Below, piece after piece: positions 9,292-24,323 of a DNA stretch of 64,000 nt; position 1 is the stretch's first letter; each line of letters starts with the position of its first letter. This stretch comes from an uncultured Verrucomicrobiae bacterium (GTDB taxonomy: Bacteria; Verrucomicrobiota; Verrucomicrobiia; Chthoniobacterales; UBA10450). The stretch covers positions 416,001-480,000 of the forward strand of contig CAVYXA010000001.1 in NCBI GenBank assembly GCA_963772365.1. Direction: 5' to 3'. The notes beneath the pieces are model-generated. The model was not told the DNA's origin, searched no databases, and worked only from the letters and a program-made list of their open reading frames with translations. The translations under genes and the position numbers were made by a program.

Positions 9292-11637
9292 TCACGGCGG
9301 GCTCGGCGCTTTGCCGGGCATTTCCTTCGGTTTGATAGACACTTCTTCTTTGGGTGCGACTTCGTATTCCGGCTTTGATACGCCTAACAGCCAATGATCG
9401 AACCACCCGACAATATGTTGCAATCGCTCGACGCGATGCCACGGGCCGCCGGAACGGGAAAGCTCATGTGACTCACCGGGGAAGCGCACCATTACCGCCG
9501 GAATCCTCCGGAACTTGAGCGCGCGAAACATTTCTTCGCCGCCGGCGCCCGGCGGAGTTCGAAAGTCGGCTTCGCCAACGATGAACATCATCGGTGTTTT
9601 CACATTCTTGATATAAGTGATCGGCGACCGCTCTTTGAACTCGGCTTCGTCATCAAACGGCGGCGCTCGAAACCAGGTTGGTTGGAACAGGGTGAAGTCC
9701 GCCGTGTACCACCAATGAGCCCAGCTCGCGATGTCGCGCTGGGAAACCGCCGCGGCGAACCGATCGGTTTGACCGACTACCCAGTTGGTCAGCAAACCGC
9801 CGCCGCTTCCGCCAGTGACGCCCAGCTTCTTATTGTCGATGTACCCTCGCCGGATCACTTCATCCACACCGGCCATCAGATCTTTAAAGTCATCGCCCGG
9901 ATAATGATATTGAATCACGTTCCCGAAATCCTGACCATAGGTCGTGCTTCCGCGCGGATTGGGATAAAGTACGACGTAACCTTTAGCGGCCATCCACTGA
10001 AATTCGTGTTCGAAAATGTAGCCGTAGGCCGCGTGCGGTCCGCCGTGAATGTTCAGGATCAGTGGATATTTTTTCGAGGAAGTGAACCCTGGCGGTTTTT
10101 GGATCCAGGCTTGAATCGTTTTGCCGTCGAAGGTTTTGTAGGAAATTTCTTCCGGCTCAGTCAGATTGAGCTTTGAGAAAAGTTCGTCATTTATCCGCGT
10201 CAACTGCTTAGGCTGCGAATTGGCCTTTTCTCGATCGACAACAAAGAGATCGTCGATAATTGTCGGTGTGGAGATCGTGTAGATGATTTTCGATACATCG
10301 GCCGGAGCCCGAAAACGCAAGACCGCCTGATTTCCACTTACAAGATCGGTCACGGTTCCGGTAGTTGAATCGAACGATGCCAGAACAGCCTTGCCTTGCT
10401 TTCCGTAAATCTCGATCAGGCTTTTCCCGTCCGGCGTCCAGATCGGAACGTTCCGTCCCGCGGCGCGCGGAGCAGAGTTATCGCCGAACGGACCTTCACC
10501 GAGGTCGAAATCAAACGACGCGGTCAAATTTATAGGTTTCGCGTTAGGCGTAAGATCGACAACCCACAAGTCGGACTGCGTGTAGGAGTTCACCAGCTGC
10601 GTCATCGAAGCGACAAAAGCAAGCCGTTTTCCGTCGGGGCTGAGCGACGGCCCCCTCACGTCCATATCGATGGTGTTGATCTTTGTCGGTTTTCCGCCGC
10701 TTGGATTAATGGAATACAGCTCGGTCCTTGGGAGACTGTAATAGGGCTCATCCACATGGAGCGAGGTGAAGTAGATCGTGTCTTTCGCCCAAACGATATT
10801 GCCATCCTCAAACCGACCGAGCGTAAGCTGTTTGGGTTTTACCTTTTCATCAGCGGTGCGCGGCGCCGGAACAATCCAGATATGGAATGGGTGTTTCGAG
10901 TCGATGTAACCTTCATCATCTTCGCGATAGATAGCCCGAGTGATCACCCGAACATCGCTCTCGTGCTCAGACTCGGCTTCAGCTTTCTCCGGATGGTTGG
11001 GCGAACCTTTGAGAGATGCTGGTGGCAAACTTTCCGCTTTCTTTAGCTGCTCTTCTTTGCGCTTTTTCTTTTCCTGTTTGGCCAAATCTTCTGCATTGGT
11101 GCCGCTCAGAAACGCCAGGATCTTCCCGTCCGGCGACCAGACCGGATTGGAAGCGCCTTTTGGTAAATCGGTAAACGAAAACGAATCGCCACCCGACATC
11201 GGCAGGATCGACAATTGCGGTGGCTCAGGTTTGCCATCCTTTTCAGTCGCACGCAGAAAGATCAGATATTTCCCGTCCGGTGACCATCGGGGCGAGCTAT
11301 CGTGATTGCCCTTGGTTAATTGATGCGGCTCCTTGCTGCCGTCAGTCGGGACCGACCAGACGGAAGTATCATAGCCTTCCTTTTTTTCGTTCACGGTCAC
11401 GCGCACGAAGGCGACGCGCGAGCCATCGGGCGAAACCTGCGGATCACCGATCCAGACGAAATCCCAAAGATCTTTTTCGGTGATGTTGCGTTTTTGGGCG
11501 AATGCTGGCGAGACGCCGCTGACTACGACCAACGCGAGAAGAATGACAAATGACGAATGGCGAATCTCGAAACAATGGCGAATGATCGAATGACTCAAAG
11601 ATGTCGATCCTGCGCGTGGTTTTTCGGGCTTCTTCAT
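9292..11637 (-). CDS. Secreted S9 family peptidase (acylaminoacyl/dipeptidyl peptidase type, beta-propeller + hydrolase)
   Basis: Signal peptide, WSPDG repeats, HGGPH, GGSGGG nucleophile elbow, D-F-R, ESH catalytic His. Confidence 0.92.
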   Translation of the reverse strand: MKKPEKPRAGSTSLSHSIIRHCFEIRHSSFVILLALVVVSGVSPAFAQKRNITEKDLWDFVWIGDPQVSPDGSRVAFVRVTVNEKKEGYDTSVWSVPTDGSKEPHQLTKGNHDSSPRWSPDGKYLIFLRATEKDGKPEPPQLSILPMSGGDSFSFTDLPKGASNPVWSPDGKILAFLSGTNAEDLAKQEKKKRKEEQLKKAESLPPASLKGSPNHPEKAEAESEHESDVRVITRAIYREDDEGYIDSKHPFHIWIVPAPRTADEKVKPKQLTLGRFEDGNIVWAKDTIYFTSLHVDEPYYSLPRTELYSINPSGGKPTKINTIDMDVRGPSLSPDGKRLAFVASMTQLVNSYTQSDLWVVDLTPNAKPINLTASFDFDLGEGPFGDNSAPRAAGRNVPIWTPDGKSLIEIYGKQGKAVLASFDSTTGTVTDLVSGNQAVLRFRAPADVSKIIYTISTPTIIDDLFVVDREKANSQPKQLTRINDELFSKLNLTEPEEISYKTFDGKTIQAWIQKPPGFTSSKKYPLILNIHGGPHAAYGYIFEHEFQWMAAKGYVVLYPNPRGSTTYGQDFGNVIQYHYPGDDFKDLMAGVDEVIRRGYIDNKKLGVTGGSGGGLLTNWVVGQTDRFAAAVSQRDIASWAHWWYTADFTLFQPTWFRAPPFDDEAEFKERSPITYIKNVKTPMMFIVGEADFRTPPGAGGEEMFRALKFRRIPAVMVRFPGESHELSRSGGPWHRVERLQHIVGWFDHWLLGVSKPEYEVAPKEEVSIKPKEMPGKAPSPP

Positions 11638-11671
11638 TCCCTAGGCATTTGGATTTCGGATTTCGTCATTC
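11541..11671. repeat. Heptamer (GAATGAC/GTCATTC) short-repeat element overlapping the peptidase N-terminus
   Basis: gaatgacaaatgacgaatggcgaat...gaatgatcgaatgac ... tttcgtcattc. Related unit at about 17968-18000. Confidence 0.6.
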
Positions 11672-11675
11672 CCCC

Positions 11676-12986
11676 TCACATGTGCTCGATCATATTATCG
11701 CCAAATTGCGAGCATTTGATTTCCGTCGCACCCTGCATCAGACGCGCGAAATCGTAGGTGACGCGTTTGCTGGCAATCGCGCCCTTTAATCCTTTGAGGA
11801 TTAAATCAGCCGCTTCGGTCCAGCCCATGTAACGGAACATCATTTCACCGGATAAAATCACCGAACCAGGATTCACCTTGTCCTGGTTTGCGTATTTCGG
11901 CGCGGTGCCATGGGTTGCCTCGAAGACGGCGTGACCGGTAATGTAATTAATGTTGCCGCCGGGAGCGATTCCGATCCCGCCCACTTGCGCGGCCAGAGCG
12001 TCGCTCAAGTAATCGCCATTCAAATTCAGAGTGGCAATGACGTCAAAGTCTTCCGGCCGGGTGAGTACCTGTTGCAAAGTAATATCCGCGATAGCGTCCT
12101 TGATTACGATTCCGCCGCCTGGTTTTCCCATTGGAATCCTGCACCACGGCCCACCATCGAATTCTTCCGCGCCGAAATAACTCTTTGCGATTTCAAACCC
12201 CCAGTCACGAAACGCGCCCTCGGTGAACTTCATGATGTTGCCCTTGTGCACCAGCGTCACGCTTTTGCGATTGTTCTGGATTGCGTAACTGATCGCGCTG
12301 TGAATCAAACGCACACTGCCGGATCGACTCACTGGTTTGATACCAATCCCAACTGCAACGTCGCCTTTCTCCGGCGCGCCGACTCGCTTCCAGAACTCCG
12401 CCGTTTTCTTTTCAGTGCCGAATCGGATCTTGTCGAACTCTTTGGGAAATTCCTTGGCCAGAAAATCGAGCATCTTTTGCGATTCTGCCGTGCCCGCGGC
12501 CCATTCGATCCCGGCGTAGATATCTTCCGTATTTTCGCGGAAGATCACCATGTTTACTTTTTCCGGATGTTTCACGGGGGAGGGGACACCTTCGAAGTAT
12601 TGGATCGGCCGGAGACAAACGAAGAGGTCGAGAAGCTGACGAAGAGCGACGTTGAGCGAACGGATGCCTCCGCCTACCGGCGTGGTGAGCGGCCCTTTGA
12701 TGCCGACCAGATATTCCCGAAACGCTTCGACGGTATCGTCCGGCAGCCAGCTATCGAATTTGTCCTTCGCGGCCTGACCGGCGAAAACTTCGAACCACGC
12801 GATTTTTTTCTTCCCACCGTATGCTTTTTCAACAGCGGCATCCAGAACCCGCACACTGGCGGCCCAGATATCGGGCCCGGTCCCATCGCCGCGAATAAAC
12901 GGAATGATCGGACGATCCGGGACGTTTAGCTTGTCTGTGCGCGAAATCTTCTCACCAGCCGGCGGAGCGATATTTTTATATGGCAT
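11676..12986 (-). CDS. icd: NADP-dependent isocitrate dehydrogenase
   Basis: [51 protein letters not shown]. Confidence 0.97.
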   Translation of the reverse strand: MPYKNIAPPAGEKISRTDKLNVPDRPIIPFIRGDGTGPDIWAASVRVLDAAVEKAYGGKKKIAWFEVFAGQAAKDKFDSWLPDDTVEAFREYLVGIKGPLTTPVGGGIRSLNVALRQLLDLFVCLRPIQYFEGVPSPVKHPEKVNMVIFRENTEDIYAGIEWAAGTAESQKMLDFLAKEFPKEFDKIRFGTEKKTAEFWKRVGAPEKGDVAVGIGIKPVSRSGSVRLIHSAISYAIQNNRKSVTLVHKGNIMKFTEGAFRDWGFEIAKSYFGAEEFDGGPWCRIPMGKPGGGIVIKDAIADITLQQVLTRPEDFDVIATLNLNGDYLSDALAAQVGGIGIAPGGNINYITGHAVFEATHGTAPKYANQDKVNPGSVILSGEMMFRYMGWTEAADLILKGLKGAIASKRVTYDFARLMQGATEIKCSQFGDNMIEHM

Positions 12987-13042
12987 AAGATCGACAGTTT
13001 AGGGGCGGCTTTTACCAGCCGCAATTTGGTAGGGTAAAAATT

Positions 13043-13117
13043 TGGCAGCGCGTACGGGAGTCGAACCCGTGCACCGGCCTTGAGAGGGCCGTGTCCTAAC
13101 CACTAGACGAACGCGCC
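13043..13117 (-). tRNA. tRNA-Glu (CTC)
   Basis: Reverse complement GGCGCGTTCGTCTAGTGGTTAGGACACGGCCCTCTCAAGGCCGGTGCACGGGTTCGACTCCCGTACGCGCTGCCA; cloverleaf, T-loop GTTCGA, CCA end. Confidence 0.95.
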
Positions 13118-13135
13118 TCAAAAAAGCGAGCGCGT

Positions 13136-13783
13136 TTAGAATAACCGGGATGCGCCTACCGGCAAGCTACCGCTATTAGTGACCCTTTTTTTATGTTTGT
13201 GCTTTGTCGAGGGCGTTGGCGTCGATACCAGCGAAATGGCACCAGCGTCTGATCCGGGAGCAACTGTCGGAGTTGGAGACACCTGATCCATCAATGGTCG
13301 GACGCGCGGCTGTTTCGTTGCATTAATGTGAGCCGCTTTCACGCCTTCCAATGCCGATTTCAATTTTGGGTCGCCAGCGAGGGCCTGCATCCGGCCGTAG
13401 TACAAACTGTAGTAACTTCGCATCCGTTCTCGTTTTTCCAAATCGGTCGAAGCTCGCTTGATCGCTGCCTTCGCCGAAATCACATCCGGATCATTGGCCG
13501 CCTGATTGGCCACCTGACGCCACTCAACGTGAAGTCGGTTTTCGTCAGCTTGTTTGCCCAGTGACGTTTCCTTGAACACGGCGTCGATCTGCGACAAGTC
13601 CGGAATTTCAGGCGAGGGAGAAGGTGACGGAGTGGTCGCAGCCGGTTCACCGCGCGTATCAAGATCGACCTTGGGCGGGGCCGCATCTTGGGCGGGCACG
13701 GTACAAGCCACTCCAACGAACACTGCAAAGATCCACCAAACACTCAGCAGGTTGCCGTTCATCTTACTGCTGCCACTGCTCAT
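13136..13783 (-). CDS. Hypothetical secreted protein (Pro/Ser/Thr-rich linkers, helical core)
   Basis: Signal-like N-terminus, low-complexity PSP tracts, basic tail; lies between two tRNAs. Confidence 0.65.
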   Translation of the reverse strand: MSSGSSKMNGNLLSVWWIFAVFVGVACTVPAQDAAPPKVDLDTRGEPAATTPSPSPSPEIPDLSQIDAVFKETSLGKQADENRLHVEWRQVANQAANDPDVISAKAAIKRASTDLEKRERMRSYYSLYYGRMQALAGDPKLKSALEGVKAAHINATKQPRVRPLMDQVSPTPTVAPGSDAGAISLVSTPTPSTKHKHKKRVTNSGSLPVGASRLF

Positions 13784-13851
13784 GCTCGTTTGGAATCTCT
13801 TCTAGTTTCGATCATGAGCAAGACTATGAGCAGGAGTCAGCAGGAGCGAAA

Positions 13852-13929
<78 letters not shown>

Positions 13930-14020
13930 AGGTTTGGCCTGATTCTTACCATGGAATTCGTTTCCGCGCATCTCCGGAGCGCATCTGCGCCTCTCGTGCA
14001 ATCCTCGAGGGCTTCGCTGC

Positions 14021-17823
<3,803 letters not shown>

Positions 17824-17872
17824 GATTGCCGGAAACTAAACGGCGTTTGGCGCGAGGATCAAGCAACAAATT

Positions 17873-17898
17873 GACGCATCATGATACGTAGATGTGTC
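17873..17898. promoter_or_regulatory. Palindromic operator upstream of metH (SahR-like spacing)
   Basis: GACGCATC-N10-GATGTGTC, just upstream of a TTGATC...TAGTTT promoter-like signal on the minus strand. Confidence 0.5.
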
Positions 17899-18150
17899 GA
17901 AATGGAACTGGATCTTACTCGTGATCGTGCTCCTGCTCGTAATCGTCGAACTCAGCTGTCCGCCTCAGAATGACGAAACGCCACAATCCGAATGACGAAA
18001 GCGTGCGCGTGGAGGCAACCTTCAGACCAGGCTCGAAGTCCAGGGGGAGAGGAACAGTAAGATTGTGCCTCAGAACAAATTCGAATCGGGCCGGAGCGCT
18101 CCCGCTAATTCGAGAGCGCTCCTCGAATATAATGAAATTACAAAGTGAGC

Positions 18151-18904
18151 TTACGGCGCGATGCGATCGGTCAAAGTGTCTGTATGAAAATCGGCGTGTT
18201 CACGCAGGCGAGACCACGGACTGTCCTTTTTGGCAGTTCCGGCGACACTCTTCTCCTCGCCTTTGGCAAAATCATCCCAGGAATTGTAGCGGGCAATCGT
18301 AAGAAAAGTCCAGGCGGCGCCTTCCAAATGCTGCATCAGCACGTTGCCGGCGGTGGTATCCGTTGGACCCGCTGATTCGCCAAGCATTTTTTCCAATTGT
18401 TCGCGATGACCCGGAGCAGGTCGGTAGGTACGAAACCGAGTAAACGGAGCCTGTTGTCTTCGATTTTGAATCGGTGTCAATCCCCATGGCCTTTGAGAAT
18501 TCATTCCAGGAAGGGCCGTTAACAAAAGTATCCGTATGCCATTCACTGAGATTCCGTTTATCCGGAGGGACCGCGGTTCCGGCTGGTTCGACAGTCGCTT
18601 TGGCACCGAGATGGGTGATGACGCAATAATCCCAGGCGTCGCCATCCTGGTGACGAAGCACTACAAAATGATCCGGCATCGGCGCATTTGGATCCGGTGT
18701 TTTCAGCCAATCGCCCAGTTGAGCTGCTTTACCGAGAGCGGCCTTGGTGAAATGGACATGATACACATCAGTCCGTTTGCCGACTCCGGCGGGTGCCGCG
18801 CCCTTTATATTTGCTGCAGTTTTTGGTGATCCCTGCGCATGAACAACTGTCACAGCGAATATGCTCAGCAGAGCGGTGGTTAGAATAGCCTTTATCGATT
18901 TCAT
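18151..18904 (-). CDS. Secreted hypothetical protein with two alpha/beta-barrel-like repeats (frameshift near 18430)
   Basis: Signal peptide. Repeat halves RHQDGDAWDY...WHTDTFV and QHLEGAAWTF...FHTDTLT lie in two frames. Confidence 0.7.
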
Positions 18905-19147
18905 GATCTCTTTCGTTATTGAATTTTAGATTGCTTGGTAGTTCGCTCCGAAATCCCGTCCAGCACGAACGACCGACTACGGCACAAACGCCATTGCGCC
19001 TCGTTCATGCATAGCGGGTTCGTGATTCGACTGTCAAAGCTTTTGTTCCCAGCACGCTGATATTTGACACGCTTACCAGTGACGACCCTGTGGCATTGCT
19101 AAGGTTTTATCCTGGGATGTCTCGACTTGGCTCGGCATGGCGATTAA

Positions 19148-20386
19148 ATGAAGCGCGTGGAAGCGGTCCGGCTTTTCAAAACACTCAATCGCGATCAGCG
19201 CAATACATTCGTTGCCTGTTTTCTCGGTTGGTCGCTGGACGCATTTGATTTTTTTCTGCTCACATTTGTGATCGTGCCGATGGCGCACGATTTCGGCACC
19301 AGCATCGTTGAACTTGGCTATGCCATTACGCTGACGCTAGCAATGCGACCCGTCGGCGCATTCATCTTCGGTTTGCTCGGTGATCGCTTCGGTCGGCGCA
19401 TCCCGCTGATGATCGACATCATCTTTTATTCCTTGATGGAGCTGCTCACAGCATTTGCGCCCAATTACACCGCGCTTCTCGTGTTGCGTGCGCTCTACGG
19501 AATTGGAATGGGCGGTGAATGGGGATTGGGCGCGTCCCTGGCGATGGAAATACTTCCGGCGAATGCCCGCGGACTTTTTTCCGGAATTCTCCAGCAGGGC
19601 TACATGTTCGGTTATTTGTTTGCAGCGCTCGTCTACTGGATCGTATTTCCGTTTCTTGGCTGGCGCTCTTTGTTTCTGGTCGGAGCCTTGCCAGCGCTAT
19701 TGGTTATTTACATTAGATCGCGAGTCCCCGAATCACCAGCGTGGCTTCGGCAACGATCGACAATCGATTTCTGGCCCAATCTAGGCCGGATTCTCAAGCG
19801 GCACTGGCTCTTGTTCATCTACGTCGTGCTTTTAATGACAGCGTTTAACGCGATGTCGCACGGAACACAGGACATGTACCAAACCTTCTTGGGGCAACAG
19901 CGCGGGCTCGGAGTATCGGCGAAATCGATCATCGGAATCATCTATGCCGTCGGAGCGATTTGCGGAGGAATTCTGGTCGGGCATTACTCTCAAAAATTCG
20001 GCCGACGCCGCTTGATCATTGCGACGGCAATTGGCGGGATCATTTTGATTCCAGTGTGGGTTTTCCCCCCTACGTTATCCCTGCTAGTCATCGGCGGGTT
20101 TGGCATGCAATTCATGGTGCAAGGCGCGTGGGGGATCGTGCCGGTGCATCTGAATGAACTCTCGCCCGGAGAAGTGCGGGGCACGTTTCCCGGATTCGCC
20201 TATCAGATTGGAAATCTGCTCGCGGCCAATACAGCCGTGGTGGAGGCAAGATTAGCGGAGCATTTTCGCGACGCAGAGGGCCATCCCGATTACGCGAAAG
20301 GCCTGGCGTTGTTTGGTTTCGTAATTTTTCTCGCGCTGATTATTATTGCCGCAATCGGCCGAGAAGAACGCGGCAAAGAATTCTAG
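19148..20386 (+). CDS. MFS transporter (sialate/carboxylate:H+ symporter-like)
   Basis: GWSLDAFDFF, GDRFGRR, GMGGEWG, HGTQDMY, QGAWG motifs. Confidence 0.9.
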   Translation: MKRVEAVRLFKTLNRDQRNTFVACFLGWSLDAFDFFLLTFVIVPMAHDFGTSIVELGYAITLTLAMRPVGAFIFGLLGDRFGRRIPLMIDIIFYSLMELLTAFAPNYTALLVLRALYGIGMGGEWGLGASLAMEILPANARGLFSGILQQGYMFGYLFAALVYWIVFPFLGWRSLFLVGALPALLVIYIRSRVPESPAWLRQRSTIDFWPNLGRILKRHWLLFIYVVLLMTAFNAMSHGTQDMYQTFLGQQRGLGVSAKSIIGIIYAVGAICGGILVGHYSQKFGRRRLIIATAIGGIILIPVWVFPPTLSLLVIGGFGMQFMVQGAWGIVPVHLNELSPGEVRGTFPGFAYQIGNLLAANTAVVEARLAEHFRDAEGHPDYAKGLALFGFVIFLALIIIAAIGREERGKEF

Positions 20387-20397
20387 CCGGGAACCCT

Positions 20398-21102
20398 CTA
20401 ATGGATGACCCCCGAAGGGTCTCTGGACGAGTGGCTTTGAGCGACCTGACTTGTGGCCCCGTAAATGCCGGGGCCGTAACGCTGTTCGACAATCGCATTC
20501 GCGATCTTGTCCGCCAGTACTTCGCGATAGTCGGCATCGCGCGCTTTCTTACCATCTTTTCGATTACTCAGAAAACCGCACTCGACGAGCACGGCTGGGT
20601 AAATCGCTTTGCGAATCACGCGAAAATTGGCCACGTGGACGCCGCGATTGATGGAATGCGGAATCGTAAGCAGTTTCTGTTGGATTCGATAGGCCATCTT
20701 CGCCGAATTGCCGGAGTGATAATAGGTTTCGAAGCCATTGATAACCCGGCGCCGGGAATCGTTGAAATGAATGCTGACAAAAATGGCATTTTGTTGTCGA
20801 TTCTCGATAGCGACACGTTCATCGAGGGGAACGAAGACATCACTGCTGCGAATCATGACCGTCTTAATTTGGGATTCGTGAAGCTTCCGCTCGAGCCTTT
20901 TGGCCACATCGAGCGCGGCAACCTTCTCAGGCGGGCCATAAGGACGGTAGGCGCCAGAATCTCTTCCACCATGGCCGGCATCGATCACGACAGTCGTAAA
21001 CGTGTTGCTGGTATCTTTCGTGCCCGAGGTCGAGATACCGGCGCAGCCGGCGAGCGACACGATGAATCCAAGAGCCAGAAATCGAAAGCCTAGGCGTGAC
21101 AT
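20398..21102 (-). CDS. N-acetylmuramoyl-L-alanine amidase (Amidase_3), lipoprotein
   Basis: LAGC lipobox, IDAGHGG, FVSIHFN, VLVECGFLSN. Confidence 0.9.
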   Translation of the reverse strand: MSRLGFRFLALGFIVSLAGCAGISTSGTKDTSNTFTTVVIDAGHGGRDSGAYRPYGPPEKVAALDVAKRLERKLHESQIKTVMIRSSDVFVPLDERVAIENRQQNAIFVSIHFNDSRRRVINGFETYYHSGNSAKMAYRIQQKLLTIPHSINRGVHVANFRVIRKAIYPAVLVECGFLSNRKDGKKARDADYREVLADKIANAIVEQRYGPGIYGATSQVAQSHSSRDPSGVIH

Positions 21103-21232
21103 TTGGGACAAATACTAAGAGAGCACGTTCTCTGCCAGTAACTTTTTCGATTCGCGTGCGCATCGCGGGTTTCACCTGATGCAAAAACCGCTTGTTTTTT
21201 GCTGTGGGACACATAAAGCGTTTACTCTTGTT

Positions 21233-22441
21233 ATGTTCACCCGATCTATTAAATTCTTCTTTTTCTCCCTATCGATTTTGGCAAGCAGCGCTATTGCAGC
21301 GCAACAGTCCAATACGCCTGCGCCGGTGCCGCACTCACCTGCGTCAAAACCTTCCAAAGTTGCGGTCGATCAAACGGCCCAGGTGATCATTTTTGGTTAC
21401 CACCGTTTTGTGAACAAAGTGCGTCATCCTGATACCGAAATCACTCCGGAAGATTTCGAGAAACAGATGCAGGAGCTGAAGGACAAGGGGATCACGGTGA
21501 TTGGACTTCAGGACATGCTGGCCTGGAAGCGTGGTGAGAAAAATATCCCGCCGCGGTGCGCGGTCATTACCTTCGATGACGGCTGGAAATCGCAGTACAA
21601 CGTGGCCTGGCCGATCCTGAAAAAGCTCGGTTACACACACATGATGTTCATTTACACCGAAGGTGTGCGGGGCGGACACTTCGGTGGGGGAGAGGCGATC
21701 ACCTGGGAGCAGCTGGGCGAGATGCGCGATGCCGGCGTTGATATCGAAGCGCACTCCGCGACCCATCAGGACCTGCGTAAAGCCTACGACAAAGTGACAA
21801 AAAAGAGATTGAGCCCTCCGGAATACGAGGAATTCCTGAAAAACGAGATTTCCGGATCGAAGCAAACCCTCGAGCAAAAACTCGCGATCAAGGTGAATTG
21901 CTTCGCAGTGCCATACGGGTTTTACAATGAGCACATCAAAGAAGTGGCAAAGAACGCGGGTTACGAAGCGCTCTTTACTGTTTACGGCCAGCCGATCACT
22001 TATTCGACGCCGCTCGATTCACTCGGCCGTTACATGATTGAGGCGAACAAACCGAAGGTGTTTGCGGACGCGGTAAAAATCATTGGCAGTTCGACCGAAG
22101 GCGGACCGGCTGTCGCCGTTATCGGGGCCGAGGCTCTCCAAGGGCAGCCGAAAGATGGTGAAACGATTCGCACAGGGTTGCCGTTGATCCGGGCTAACCT
22201 AAGCTCGCTTGGGCAGATCGAGCCAGGTAGCGTGCAAATGCGGGTAAGCGGTCTTGGTCTGGTCCCGGCGAGTTACGATCCCAAGACGGGAATCGTTTCC
22301 TATCAAGTCAGGCAGAAACTGCGTGACAAGACATGCTCTGTGATTGTAACAGCCAAATCGCAGGGCAAGAAAATCGAAGCTCATTGGACTTTCGGGATTG
22401 AAGAAGCGGCCGGTGCACCATCGACGTCGCCGAAGAAATAG
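21233..22441 (+). CDS. Polysaccharide deacetylase (CE4) with C-terminal Ig-like domain
   Basis: Signal peptide, GYHRF, ITFDDG, HSATH, AVPYG motifs. Confidence 0.88.
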   Translation: MFTRSIKFFFFSLSILASSAIAAQQSNTPAPVPHSPASKPSKVAVDQTAQVIIFGYHRFVNKVRHPDTEITPEDFEKQMQELKDKGITVIGLQDMLAWKRGEKNIPPRCAVITFDDGWKSQYNVAWPILKKLGYTHMMFIYTEGVRGGHFGGGEAITWEQLGEMRDAGVDIEAHSATHQDLRKAYDKVTKKRLSPPEYEEFLKNEISGSKQTLEQKLAIKVNCFAVPYGFYNEHIKEVAKNAGYEALFTVYGQPITYSTPLDSLGRYMIEANKPKVFADAVKIIGSSTEGGPAVAVIGAEALQGQPKDGETIRTGLPLIRANLSSLGQIEPGSVQMRVSGLGLVPASYDPKTGIVSYQVRQKLRDKTCSVIVTAKSQGKKIEAHWTFGIEEAAGAPSTSPKK

Positions 22442-22531
22442 TTGAAACGCGTTCTCCTGAACGCGTTCGTCGAAATGAGCGGGCAAAGCCGCATTGATTT
22501 TTAGCATCGTCTTCGGAGAAGCCGGTCCACT
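22440..22531. repeat. REP-doublet element (same family as 153-290)
   Basis: agttgaaacgcgttctcctgaacgcgtt ... catcgtcttcggagaagccggtccact. Confidence 0.65.
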
Positions 22532-22533
22532 GT

Positions 22534-23853
22534 ATGTTCTCCCAACTCAGCGATAAACTTCAGGAAATCTTTAAGGACCTGCGTGGTCACGGAACCATCA
22601 GCGAGGCGAACATCGACAGCGCCCTGCGCCAGGTGCGGCTGGCCTTGTTGGAAGCCGATGTGGATTTTCAGGTAGCGAAGGATTTCATCGCCAGCGTCAA
22701 AGGAAAGGCGATGGGCGAAGAGGTGTTGCGAAGCATCATCCCCGGTCAGCAGATCGTAAAAATTTTCCACGATGAGTTGGCCAAACTTCTCGGAGGCGAT
22801 GCCGAGCCGTTGCGGCTGGCCGAGAAGACACGGATCTTGATTGTTGGCCTCAACGGTTCCGGAAAAACGACGACGTCGGCCAAGCTTGCCCTGCATTTGA
22901 AAAAACTGGGACGCGCGCCGGCATTGGTCGCTCTAGACTTGCAACGCCCTGCCGCCATCGCGCAGCTTCAAACTCTTGGTAAGCAGATTGATGTGCCTGT
23001 TTTCACGCCAAATACAGGAACCGTCGATGTTCGGAATGCAGGGCTTGCGAGCCTCGAATGGACGGCACAGCAATCGGCTAACATCGACATTTTCGACACC
23101 GCTGGGCGTCAGGAGATCGACGAGGAGCTGATCGAAGAGCTTAAGAAGCTAAAAGAAGTGATTCAACCCCGGGAAATCCTTCTGGTGGTCGATGCTGCGA
23201 CAGGCCAACGCGCGGTGAGCGTGGCCACGCATTTCGATAACGCCCTTCAAATCACGGGTATCATTTTGACCAAACTGGACGGCGACGCTCGCGGTGGCGC
23301 GGCATTGTCGATGCGCGCCGTCACCCAGCGGCCCATCAAGTTTGCCGGGACTGGCGAGAAACTAGATCAGTTCGAGCTATTCGTTCCCGATCGCCTGGCC
23401 GGGCGAATATTGGGCATGGGCGACATTGTCGGCCTAGTCGAGAAAGCGACCGAAGCAGTTGAAGAAGAAGAAGCGCTTCGGTTGGAAAAGAAATTGCGGA
23501 CAGCCTCCTTCGATTTCAACGATTTCCTGGCCCAATTCAAAATGATGAAAAAAATGGGACCGCTGGAGAATATCCTTGGCATGTTACCGGGGATGAGTAA
23601 CGTGCAGGGCCTCTCCATTGACGAGAAGCAGCTTGCCCACACGGAAGCGATCGTGCTTTCGATGACCAGCGAAGAACGGAGCCGTCCCGACATTCTAAAT
23701 GCCCGGAGGCGTCAGCGCATCGCTCGGGGAAGCGGCACCACCGTCAGCGAGGTAAACAATTTGCTGCGTCGCTTCGATCAAATGCGCAAAATGATGAAGA
23801 GCACGGGCAAAATGAAAAAGATGATGGCGCAAATGGCGCGAATGAGAAAATAA
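22534..23853 (+). CDS. ffh: Signal recognition particle protein Ffh
   Basis: [32 protein letters not shown]-domain [10 protein letters not shown]. Confidence 0.97.
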   Translation: MFSQLSDKLQEIFKDLRGHGTISEANIDSALRQVRLALLEADVDFQVAKDFIASVKGKAMGEEVLRSIIPGQQIVKIFHDELAKLLGGDAEPLRLAEKTRILIVGLNGSGKTTTSAKLALHLKKLGRAPALVALDLQRPAAIAQLQTLGKQIDVPVFTPNTGTVDVRNAGLASLEWTAQQSANIDIFDTAGRQEIDEELIEELKKLKEVIQPREILLVVDAATGQRAVSVATHFDNALQITGIILTKLDGDARGGAALSMRAVTQRPIKFAGTGEKLDQFELFVPDRLAGRILGMGDIVGLVEKATEAVEEEEALRLEKKLRTASFDFNDFLAQFKMMKKMGPLENILGMLPGMSNVQGLSIDEKQLAHTEAIVLSMTSEERSRPDILNARRRQRIARGSGTTVSEVNNLLRRFDQMRKMMKSTGKMKKMMAQMARMRK

Positions 23854-23854
23854 C

Positions 23855-24190
23855 ATGGCAGTTTCAATTAGATTACGTAGAGAAGGAGCGTTGAACCGCC
23901 CCTATTACAAAGTTGTAGTGGCGGATAAACGCAGTCCACGCGACGGCAAATTCATCGAGATTGTTGGCACCTATGATCCGAAAAAGCCCGCACACAATAG
24001 CACCCTCAAGCTGGATCGCGTTGAACATTGGATCAGCAAGGGCGCGCAGCCGAGCGATACGGTCAGGAGCTTGATCAGAAAGAACCGGAGAGAAGCGGTA
24101 AAAAGTTCGGCGCCAGCAGCGGCGGAAACACCAGCTGCATCTGAGGCAGCGGCTACAGAAGCGCCAGCCGCTGAACCGGCGCAATTCTAG
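23855..24190 (+). CDS. rpsP: 30S ribosomal protein S16
   Basis: [11 protein letters not shown]...[17 protein letters not shown]...GAQPSDTV. Confidence 0.97.
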   Translation: MAVSIRLRREGALNRPYYKVVVADKRSPRDGKFIEIVGTYDPKKPAHNSTLKLDRVEHWISKGAQPSDTVRSLIRKNRREAVKSSAPAAAETPAASEAAATEAPAAEPAQF

Positions 24191-24235
24191 CATCGCCAAG
24201 CAGCAGCGGCATTTGCGATGTCCATTTTCAGTTTG

Positions 24236-24260
24236 CGACGCTCATAGAGCGCCGCTACAG
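24236..24260. repeat. GTAG-headed REP
   Basis: Reverse complement CTGTAGCGGCGCTCTATGAGCGTCG; hairpin with a GTAG head. Confidence 0.55.
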
Positions 24261-24323
24261 AAGAAGTCGGCACGAATATCTGGAGAGGGGTGCAAGCTTC
24301 CCGATTCGTCCAAGAACAACGAC

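Noticed and set aside
18905..19147. Possible riboswitch or ncRNA in the divergent intergenic region
   Set aside because: No recognisable aptamer consensus; the structured part is a degenerate REP copy.
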